Shown here in pieces: positions 40,401-50,310 of a DNA stretch of 64,000 nucleotides. The stretch comes from Amphiscolops sp. MND2022 (lineage: Eukaryota): NCBI GenBank assembly GCA_964187785.1, contig OZ076416.1, positions 42,904,001 through 42,968,000 of the forward strand. The letters run 5' to 3'. Under the pieces are notes generated by a model. The model searched no databases. It was given only the letters and a program-made list of their open reading frames with translations, and had not been told where the DNA came from. The stretch's first letter is position 1. Every line of letters begins with the position of its first letter. Made by a program: the position numbers and the translations under genes.

Positions 40401-43400
40401 AAGAACCCGACTATTACAGTGGCTAGTTTTTTTTCGGCATTGTGCGACTTTTATCGAAAATTTTTTAATGTCTCAAAAGAGTCTCCCTTTCGAGTTTTTT
40501 GATATTTTGCAACAGAATATATGTTAATGAAGCCCAAAGGGTCCCCCTTTTACATTTTTCGGCACTATGGGACATTTTCTGAAAGAAAACAAGACGGGAA
40601 CGTCTAAAGTCGGCGCTATATCTAAGGCTCAAAAAGCGCAAGACTTTTTTTGAAAAAAAACTTGAATTTTTTGAATTTTTTCTTTCAGAAAATGTCGCAT
40701 AGTGCCGAAAAATGTAAAAGGGGGGACCCTTTGGGCTTTATCAACATATATTCTGTTGCAAAATATCAAAAAACTCGAAAGGGGACTCTTTTGAGACATT
40801 AAAAAATTTTCGAAAAAAGTCGCACACTGCCAAAAAAAACGAAAGGGGGACCCTTTAGTCTCGTCCGGTTTTGTAGGTTACGTTAAAAAAGTAAAAAATA
40901 AAAGGGGGGGACCCTTTTGCACTAATTTCCGCTGACCGGACTTGGCCTTATGGTAGTAGTTTCAGTAGTGTCGATTGTATGTAAAGTGGCCCAATCAGTG
41001 AGATTGTAGTCTGACGAAAAAAAACTAGCCACTGTAATTGTCGGGCACTTTTCAATAGAAAAACGCCGACTAAAAATTCAAAAATTTCATGTTTTTTTTC
41101 AAAAAAAAGTCTGCGCTTTTTGAGCTTTAGATATAGCGCCGACTTTAGACGTTCCCGTCTTGTTTCTTCAGACCACATACCTCACACTGAACGGTCCACT
41201 TTTTAGAAACATTCCTGAAACCACCTAAGGCCAAGTCCGGCCAAGGCAAACTTAGTACAAAGGGTCCCCCCTTTCATTTTATTTTTCACTTTTTTAACGT
41301 AACCTACAAAACAGGACGAGACTAAAGGGTCCCCATTTCGATTTTTTTCGGCACTGTGCGACTTTTTTCGAAAATTTTTCCAATGTCTCAAAAGGGTCCC
41401 CCCTTCGAGTTTTTTCATATTTTGCAACTGAATGTATGTTAATAAAACCCAAAGTTCACCTTTTACATTTTTCGGCACTATGTGACATTTTCCGAAAGAA
41501 TATATATATTTTTAATTTCAGGTTTTTTTTCAAAAAAATGCGCTTTTTGAGCCTTAGTTATAGCGCCGACTTGACGTTCTGCAGAACCTCAATATAAAAT
41601 GTAACAAGTTGAACAAAAAAATCTAATTTCACGGAATCATTAATAATGAAACGGGAAAAGTACCTGTGGTCGCGTTCGGTGGATATGTTCAATGAATTGT
41701 GTAGCCACACTTCGGGTTTTGATGGTGATCAAGCTGGGTTGTAACTTGGCGCTCTGGATGAGCAGTACGTCCATGATTAGACACGCTAGTTGCTCACATC
41801 TTTTGTAATCCAGTTTCTCCCGGCTTTCCAGCAAAGCGAGATTAGTCAGCGCGTCTGGCTCTGCTATGCACAACGACTCTGAAGAAATTGAAGCCTTGAT
41901 ATCAAATCATTAAGAGCTGTGATTATATTGTGACATTCATTTGCTGGAAAAATTGAAATCAAAATGCAATTATCTTTTAATAAAAGGTGTCTTCTATATT
42001 TCAAAAAAGTTATCACTAGTAGCGCGCTTATCAATTGTTGTGCTAATGACTGAGCCGCATATCTTCTTGCGATAAAATCTGCGGGTCTGGGATACCATTT
42101 TCTAGGAATAAATTCTTTAGCCAACAAAAACCCTGAAAGACAGAAATATATAAACCAAGAAACCACCAACAGCCAACAAAATATTCAAATAACTCTTTCA
42201 AATTTTTCAAGGAGAAACTCCCACTAACCAGGGATAATCTCCAAAATTTGGCTCAACAAAGTAGATCCGCACCGACCAGTGCTGGTGACAAGAACGGTAG
42301 GGATTTCCGGAAGTGCCTGCTGTTTCACAACTTTATCCAAAACATCCAGATCCACCACGTAAATATTGTTGACTCTCTTCAACTGGGCGTTATAGAAAAA
42401 AGGGTCCACATCCGTCCTGTAAACTTCGCCCACGACACGACTTTCGACAAAAACAGCTTTGGTCAACGATATGCAGTATAGAGACACCAGCTGGGAATGT
42501 AACACCTGTTCGACTTCTTTGAAACCTGCCAATTTAAGAAATAGCAGTTATTTTTTGGAATATGAACTTGGGTTTTATCAACTTCAACATATGGCTGAAA
42601 GAAAATACACATAATTGATATTTAATCTGAAGGTTTAGCTTGAATTTTGAATCCAACTTCGCCTTTTGTTCTTGTCACATATCACAACAACTTGCATACT
42701 TCTCAGTTCCTATGAAGAGTCGGGGTTATATTGAAATAGGGAGCGGGTCCAACAGTGTAGGTGACCAGTAAGAAGGGGTCTAAAAACTTTGTCTGGTTAC
42801 TTGTAATTCCATACGTATTTTCACAACTAGTAGGGAAATTTACGGCTTGATGACTACATTTTGCACTATTGGGGATTCAAATCATCTAAAAATCTGAAGT
42901 TTGTCGACCAACTCAGAATTCTATTCGATCATGCACAATTTTTCAACATTTCAGAAAATCGACAGTAGGAGGGACATCGATAAAGGGGATGGGGTCCCAA
43001 ATTTAAGGGCTGACAGAACAAAGGGGGTGGGTTGGTGACTCTTCATGGGAACTGCAGAGTACACGTTACATATAATTATTTAACACCCAGTTAACTTGTC
43101 TTTGCGAATGAAGCTTTGTAAATTTTGTAACCCAACGTATTTCTCATAAATATCTTGTAAAGACTTGAAAATTGAACAGCGATCCAGTGTTTTCTCTGGA
43201 CTGACCTGTCAAGACGCCCAAAAAGTCAGTTTCCCAGGCGATGGAGACAGGGTTGCTTTTGTTCGTGGTTATGCATTTGTATCTTCGCGCTAGGTTGCCG
43301 ATGGTTCGATTCTTTCCAAAATAGTTGGGTACAAAATAGAAAATGTACAGAAGTCCGTTGGCCGTTTTGAATAAGTACCAAAAGATGAGATAGACACAAT

Positions 43401-43419
43401 ATTGCACTAGCCACCACAT
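37431..43419 (-). CDS. Six-exon membrane-anchored sulfotransferase-like protein (PAPS-dependent, Sulfotransfer_3-like), 441 aa; exons 43419-43206, 42525-42229, 41878-41664, 39774-39626, 39037-38880, 37723-37431
   Basis: All five introns GT-AG with matching phases (1,1,0,2,1); 1326 nt open to the stop; hydrophobic N-terminus; 5'-PSB-like STGRCGSTLLSQIL, EPDAL, 3'-PB-like HLFLYRDGLKSVQS, KYEEL. Confidence 0.87.
37787..38277 (-). mobile_element. HINE family 1 copy in intron 5
   Basis: aacaagccgggaccggcccaagtcgccgccatatctaaggctc ... gcgccgactaaaaa. Confidence 0.75.
38322..38706. mobile_element. Probable hAT-type MITE in intron 5
   Basis: Imperfect TIR tagagactgaacc / tagaacctgtacc (10 of 13 match), repeated aaccggtt motifs, degenerate 8-bp TSD gctaaact / gatagact. 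Confidence 0.5.
40208..41580. mobile_element. Cluster of nested HINE family 1 copies in intron 3 (includes the full minus copy 40588-41076 and a plus 3' end finishing at 41164)
   Basis: Multiple subTIR and hairpin termini in both orientations. Confidence 0.72.
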
Positions 43420-44150
43420 CGTGCGATGATTGACTTGGGTTGTCCCTGGCTATTCTCGAGACATTAACTATGAAAAAGGTCCGACATTGGATTACATAGC
43501 ATGGTTGAGGCTTTTTTATTGAAACAAGGTATAGGTTTGATGAATTCAATGGGAAGAGAACCTCGCAAAAATAGCTGTGTCTCACGTATTAAGATAGTAA
43601 ACGAAAAGAAATAGAAAACCCTCACCAAAAACTATATCATACCAATTATGTGATGTAAAACAATTGAAATGTCTTCAGGAAATGAAGACGTAGCTGCCAA
43701 ATAAACAAAAGTTACAAATTAGGTGGCAAATGTTACAAAATTGTCTAAAATAAAGTCCCATATGCCAATTCAGCAGTAAATACAATCAACGAAAAATTAA
43801 ATTAGGAAGTTTCTTCATTATTTGCAAACCCACATTTCAAGTGCCCAACAAAACTTTTGAACGTTTGTTTATTTGATTTCCAAATAACTTGGATGATAAC
43901 AGAAATCAGAGTTAGTTTTGTTTTGGTCCAATTTTCGTTTTACAAACAAGGGTTCAGTTTATTCCTTATACTATTGTATAACATTGCATTCATTGAGCGA
44001 CAATGATTACCAGGCTTAGGCGTTCCATGTTTTTTTAATTGGTAAAACATGTTCATAAAAGTGTTAATATTTTCTCAGAATTATGTTATTTGAAAATGAT
44101 ACGGTTTCTTTGCTCAAAAAAAAAGATGAAAGTAACAAAGAAACTTCAAT

Positions 44151-44333
44151 TCACGAGCTCTCAGTTGAATTCCACATAAGAACAAGAACAGATTTCAAGT
44201 TTGGAACCAAAAATTTTCTTCTATGAGGGTCCAAGACCGCATTGAGTCTTGAAAACACGTGTTCCACTTCAACGCTGACTATTGGCAAATGTTTGAAGAT
44301 GGAGAATTCATATAGGATCAGTACACTCATCAA
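44151..44333 (-). pseudogene. hAT-like transposase C-terminal (dimerisation) remnant
   Basis: FKHLPIVSVEVEHVFSRLNAVLDPHRRKFLVPNLKSVLVLMWN resembles the P-x-S-x-x-x-E-R-x-F-S motif. Confidence 0.6.
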
Positions 44334-45162
44334 TAATATTATAAATTGGTTTATTTCTTGTCCACTCGCTAGTCCTCTTCATTTCTTGTTCAAACAAATT
44401 AGGGAGATAATTGCGCCTCAGAGTGCTTTCGTTTGGTAGAGACTTTTTTGTGTATTTCTCAAGAAAGTTGCGGAAAGAATCACTCTCAATTTTATTGAGT
44501 GGTATATTTGATCTGATGAGGGCCTCTGTTAGATCTGCAAAGAATTCCGATTTAACATTAGGTTTTGATGGACTCGAAAGATAAGTTGATGGACTCGAAA
44601 GATAAGCTTGTTTTGATGAGTCCGCGAAAAATAATGCTGAATTTCTTTTGTGTTTTGCCCCAGAAACGTGCTGACGTGCAAGTGTTTATGTCCGGAAATT
44701 GCATTCAAGAATCATACCACAAGGTAAACAGCAAATTTGATTTTTATCGGGGAGCAACTCCCAAATTTTGCCATCTGAATTTAATTTGAGAATCAAATCT
44801 GTACCAGTTATTTTAGAGCGGCCCATTATTTAACGTACAAAATCTAAAACGTGAATCACGATGCGTCACGTAAAATTAAGTATGATTATCTAATTTTCTA
44901 CTATTATCAGTCAGGCTAGCAGCATTGTCGTAAGTAAGCAAACAATCCAGCAAGGGGATTGAAAACGGGCAGGCAAATGTTTAACACCATATGTTTATTC
45001 CGATCAAACTGCCGCTCATATGTTAAAACATATGTTTTTATGTTTAAACATGAAACGCCTAAGCCTGATGATGACATACAGTACTGTGATAAAGAAAACG
45101 TCCCCCTATACGCTGAGCGTCGTTATGAACCAATTCGAACTGCTTATTTGCTCACTTTCAAT

Positions 45163-45240
45163 TTTCATTGGCGCATCAAGTGAAATTTCAGGCGCAGAAC
45201 GAATTCTGCGCCTGAAATTTCACTTGATGCGCCAATGAAA
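45163..45240. repeat. Perfect inverted repeat, 37-bp arms, 4-nt loop
   Basis: tttcattggcgcatcaagtgaaatttcaggcgcagaa-cgaa-ttctgcgcctgaaatttcacttgatgcgccaatgaaa. Confidence 0.95.
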
Positions 45241-46420
45241 CGCTTTTGTTATTTTCCCAGTTTTGGGCAGGTTTTTGAATTTTGCTCCTGAAAATTTTCA
45301 ATTCATCGGATTCCGCAGCTTGTCTAAAATTCATTGATATTTTTTGTTCAAAATACATTCTAAATAAAATTACCGCATTTTCCACCGCGAAACGTTGATT
45401 TTTTATCGTAATACATGTAAATTTTACTTTTCGAGCCTGATTTTTTTAAAAAATGGTTGATTATTTTTGAAATCAAAGAACATCCATGCATTCAGTAGAT
45501 TTCTGGTAGTTAAATGAGCGTAAAACCTGCCAAAGAACTGTGGATAAAACGGTCAAAAATAGGAAAATGGCAAAAATGCCCCTTTCGCTCAAAATTAGCT
45601 ATCTGTAACTTTCTCACTTTTTGTCACGGAAAAAATTAGACAGAGGCGAAGCCGTGCTTCGCAAACACTTGCGCAGAAGGTTGCGAACTTCTGAAGAACA
45701 CCAAATAAGCAAAATCATACGGAGAACTAAGTGTAAAATGACATTGTTAAAATTTCATCAATTTTACAGCGCCAAAAAATACCCGAAGGGATACGCATAA
45801 ATCTCGAAAACCATTCTTCCCCAACTGAAAACAGCAAAAAAACATCTTTCTCAACCGGAAACATTTGAAAAAAAAACAGAAAAATAAGGGAAAAAATTTG
45901 AAACTTTTCAATTTAAGTAAAAAATGTGGGGGGCTTCGATGGAAACAAATTAAATTAGAAAAAAAGTAGCATAGAAGAAACGTCTGTCTTTTGAAAAAAA
46001 CCAAAATTCTGATATAGCGTGCTGGGTCTCAGAAAACCCTAAATTCAAGACAAAAATTATTCATTTTGAAACTTCTCACAATGCCGAAAACTGTAAAAGG
46101 GGGCCCTTTGAGATTTTTTAACTATTCTGTTGCAAAATTTCAAAAAAAATGAAGGGGAACACATTAGAGTCTTTGAAAAATTTTCGAAAAAAAAACAAAA
46201 AAATTTTTAAGTCTCATAGTGCCGAAAAATCTGAAAGAAGGGACCCTTCGGGATTTTTTAATATTAGTTCTGTTGCAAAATATCAAAACAAATTGAAGGG
46301 AGGACCCTTTGAGGACATTAAAAAATTTTCGAAAAAAAGTCTCAAAGCCGAAAAAAGGGAGGAGTCTCACAGTGCCGAAAATTGAGAACCTTCTGCTTCG
46401 GAATACTCGTAAAAAAATTA

Positions 46421-46494
46421 GCGCATACTCACGGGTTCGAACACGAACCCTCTGGGTTGAAAAGCAAGCATCCTACCACTAGACCACGAACGCC
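46421..46494 (-). other. tRNA-derived (Glu-like) degenerate sequence within a repeat
   Basis: Reverse complement GGCGTTCGTGGTCTAGTGGTAGGATGCTTGCTTTTCAACCCAGAGGGTTCGTGTTCGAACCCG has A-box- and B-box-like motifs; stems pair poorly. Confidence 0.55.
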
Positions 46495-46585
46495 TGAACT
46501 ATGCGACTTGCGGGCTGAAACGAGAGTTGTCGCCCGGAAAAAAAGCACCCGCACTTTCCCATAACACTTGCTTATCGCAAGTGTA

Positions 46586-47165
46586 AACAAACCGAGAACG
46601 CCCCAAGTCGGCGTCATATCTAAGGCTCAAAAATATTCAAGGGACAACTACTGTGAAATTTTTCAATTATCACACAGTGCCGAAAAATACCCGAAAGGGT
46701 TTTCTTCCCCAGAAACTCGAAACAGTTTTTTTCTGAACTAGAAACATCAGAACAAAATTAATTTACCTTTGGAAAACTTTTTTTCAAAGAAAGTATTTGA
46801 TAAAAATTGCATATTGCCGAAAAACCTTTTAGACTAATAAAACGTTTTTCACAAACCGAAAGCTTCAAAAAATTCGAGTACCCTTTGATTAAATTCAAAA
46901 ACTTTCCGAAAAAAGTCGCATAGTGCCGGAAAAAACCCAAAGGGGGGTGGTTATTAGACCTTTGGTCTCCACTCTACTTTTGGAAGCATAAGAAAATTTT
47001 GTGGTTTAGTGCGAGACTCGAACCCACGCTTTTCTGCTTCTCAGACCCCAGAAAATTAGTCGGCCAAGAAGTTAAACAAGTGAACAAAAAAGTGGACCGA
47101 TCGCGTTGAATTGACGAAAAATACTGTAAGAGTCATTCATTTTCTTCGAAAACGCCGACTAAAAA
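46586..47165 (-). mobile_element. HINE family 1 copy
   Basis: aacaaaccgagaacgccccaagtcggcgtcatatctaaggctc ... aacgccgactaaaaa. Confidence 0.7.
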
Positions 47166-47432
47166 CAATAATAAAGTAAATGAAATTCTAAAACTTTCAT
47201 TACCAATGTTTTTCAAAATTCCAAAATTCTCAACCGATTTCAAGAAAATCTAGCCCAAAATCGCCATGGGAAGTTTTCTTAATCACAGTACTGTATTTTA
47301 AAGAATTTAGTTTGTTAAAAATGAAAGTATGATTAACTAAGAAAAACAATCGTGTTTACATGCTGCCGAGAGTTGGTAATGTTAAAACAAGACGCCCGCT
47401 ATGCACCGGGATATTTTCCCCTAAAAATGTAA

Positions 47433-47505
47433 CGCATCAGCCCGGGTTCGAACCCACAACTTCGTGTCTGGCAGGCAGACGCACTACCAACTGCGCCATT
47501 GTGAC
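47433..47505 (-). other. tRNA-like / SINE-head sequence next to a family-2 HINE-like end
   Basis: Reverse complement GTCACAATGGCGCAGTTGGTAGTGCGTCTGCCTGCCAGACACGAAGTTGTGGGTTCGAACCCGGG: A box TGGCGCAGTTGG, B box GGTTCGAACCC; no acceptor-stem pairing. Confidence 0.6.
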
Positions 47506-48433
47506 TAGATTTTACCAAGTAACTAGAGTAGTCAAGTAACTAAAATAGGCCCCTCCGGGGCTCAGTACTATTTCTGCTTTAATCTTTTTTTTGAAACAAA
47601 AAAATTCATTAATAAAAGAATCATATCTGGAATACCAATACACTTTTGTTTAATCATTATTTAGCGCACAATTACATGTAATCACTGTACAAGTTTACAC
47701 CGTCTTTAATTCTTCTCGGACTAAAGAAAATATAACTACTAAGCGTAGACGAAGTTTCGCATTCGCATTTGAATGCAGGTGAAGCTCTCAACGAACGAAT
47801 AATTAACACTCATTCGCTTCATCTCAATAACTTGGGGCAACGAAAACACAATTACGAACATTCGCTCGCTTCATCTCAATGACGTCAGCATACGAATGGA
47901 TAATTACCACTCGTTCGTTCCATCGCACTAGAATTGAATTGTTGTCGGCAGCTTGGGAAATTTATTTCCCACGCTTACAGTCACTGCCGAACAAAATATC
48001 TGAATTATTCAGTATCACGACAAGAATTGTACTGAGAAAAAGTAGAAAGTTTGAGGTTACAATAATATTCCTGCTAAAGCAGAAATATTAAAAATAGTCA
48101 AGTAACTCTAAATGAGGTTGATGGCGAAACTGGGAGATTTGGCAGAATTTGTAAAAAAAACGCAACACAGATTATGATCCCTCAATTCTATATGGGCGGA
48201 ATATAATAACATATAAAAACAACATGCTGATAAATAGCACGTGTTATTTTAAGTCGGCGCGTTTTCCTTTTAAGGAAAAATGCCCGACTATAGCAGTGAC
48301 CTTTTTTTTCTTCAGACTACAATCCTCACACTGATCGGTCCACTTTTCTTACAATTCTTACAAATCTTAAAATCTTACAATTCTTACTTAGCAAATTTAA
48401 ATAAAATACTTTGAAAGCTTGCGAAGTAGTTTT

Positions 48434-48581
48434 TGTCACTGAAGTGACTCATAACTTCACTAAACTAACTGAAGTGTTTCACGATTTTATATATAATACT
48501 TTTTGACTTCCATTGAGTTGTGTTCTCACTGAGAATGAGAACCATTGATAATATAAGAATTGAAAGACTCTTTCTCTTATA
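48434..48581 (+). repeat. 5' terminal repeat (LTR or its shared part)
   Basis: tgtcactgaagtgactc...ctttctcttata. Confidence 0.9.
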
Positions 48582-48689
48582 TGTTTGGCGCTCCTGGGTT
48601 ATTCCACTTTCTCAACTGAAGTTATCCCGAGAATTTGGAACGACCACCTTTTATTGACATGAATTTTTTACATCTTCAACTTTGAAGTC

Positions 48690-49185
48690 CTTCTGGGCCT
48701 TTCTCTGGACGTTCTTGTGGGCTCTTTCCGGCGTCCCTTCTGGGCCTTTCTCTGGGCGTCTTTCTGGGCCTTTCTCTGGGCGTCCTTCTGGGCCTTTTCC
48801 TGGGCGTCCTTCTGGGCTCTTTCTGGCGTCCTTCTGGCTTTTTGGGCGTTCTTCTGGGCTCCTTCCTGGGCGTCCTTCTGGGCCTTTCTCTGGGCGTCTT
48901 TCTGGGCCTTTCTCTGGGCGTCCTTCTGGGCCTTTCCCTGGGCGTCCTTCTGGGCCTTTCTCTGGACGTTCTTGTGGGCTCTTTCCGGCGTCCTTTCTGG
49001 GCCTTTTCCTGGGCGTCCTTTTGGGCTCTTTCTGGCGTCCTTCTGGCCTTTTGGGGCGTTCTTCTGGGCTCTCTTTGGGCGTTCTTCTGGGCTCTCTGTG
49101 GGCGTTCTTCTGGGCTTTTTTGTGCGTTCTTCTGGGCTTTTTTGGGCGTTCTTCTGGGCTGTTTTTGGGCGTTCTTCTGGGCGTC
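48690..49185. repeat. GC-rich minisatellite of 12-bp units (ctgggcgtcctt / ctgggcctttct) with higher-order duplication
   Basis: Direct reading; the plus strand is almost free of A, which explains the stacked ORFs. Confidence 0.95.
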
Positions 49186-49749
49186 CATTCCAGAACAGCT
49201 AGTTCCACTTAACCTTAGCTGCATTTAGGAAAGTTAGGGGATTTTTTCCTTTTTTCCGGTTTTTTGAGTTTTCTCAGCCTCTCTGATTAGAGAAGAGCAC
49301 AAATACTCGCCCGTCAAAAAATCTAAGGGAGGTTTTTTTTCCGGTTTTTTGAGTTTTCTTAGCCTTTCTGATTAGAGGTTTCTTTAAAAACTCCGGACAA
49401 CAAGCGTACCACGTTTAGGCGCGGTTCGCCCTAGCGCTTTGTGTCTTCTATTGGAGTCGTCCAGTCCCGTCCTGGCTTTTGCAGCTTCGTCCTGATCAGG
49501 TAAGTACCTAAGGTAAAGCCAGTTCCGAATCGCCATCTAAGGTTCGGTTCGCCTAGCAGAAACCCGTTCGGTTCGTCCATTCCGCATTCATTGGCGTCAT
49601 CGTCTTGCTTGTCGATAGCTCGGATTAGGTAAACAATACGCATCGTTCCTTTTCATCTCATTGACCATTGTGTTTTTCGCCGCTTCTAGCGTGTTCGTTC
49701 GGTCTCTATAGGTTCCGTGGGTTGTTTCCCATCAACAGCTACAGCAACG

Positions 49750-50310
49750 ATGGTCAATCCGAAGATAGCAACCCTCACCAACCAGTTCAAACTACATGAA
49801 ATGAAGTTCCGGAACGCATCCAATTACTTGGCATCTAGATTGGACTCCGACCAGAATCCTGCTCGTCTGCGTCAAAATCTTGCCCAGTTGCAAACTATTG
49901 CATGCAGACTTGAAGAACTGGCCGAACAGATGTCAGCACACATGCCTCTTGAAGAATTGGAGCCATTTCTCCAGATTTCAGCCGACACCTCGCTTCAAAT
50001 TCTACAAATCACTGACCAAATTGAAACCCTGTCAACGACAGAACTCACGCATGCCACTCACAGCCAACCTTCTCCAGGATTTACGGCAGTCCAACTCAGA
50101 TGCGACGAATTCACAACAACACCAGCAGCCACAGCACCCACAACTTCGACACACAGGGACAGCAGCAGATCCGACAGTCAACAACCCGCTTCTACAGTCG
50201 AATCGAGAAGCCACTCACATCTTAGACATGACCGGAGACGAGCTCTCTCGTCATCTAGCCACTGTCGAAGACACAACACCTCCAATGACACCCGACCGCC
50301 AGCAACATAA
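49750..50310 (+). pseudogene. gag: Probable Gag N-terminus, frameshifted relative to the main polyprotein
   Basis: ATG at 49750, helical MVNPKIATLTNQFKLHEMKFRNASNYL...; overlaps the main ORF in a different frame. Confidence 0.65.

Noticed and set aside
46421-47505. Functional tRNA genes
   Set aside because: Acceptor and anticodon stems do not pair; they lie in repeats, so they are treated as tRNA-derived
48651-49228. Five overlapping 128-185-aa ORFs on both strands
   Set aside because: They arise from a 12-bp minisatellite that lacks stop codons; no protein-family signal (the antisense ORF is kept only as a low-probability note)
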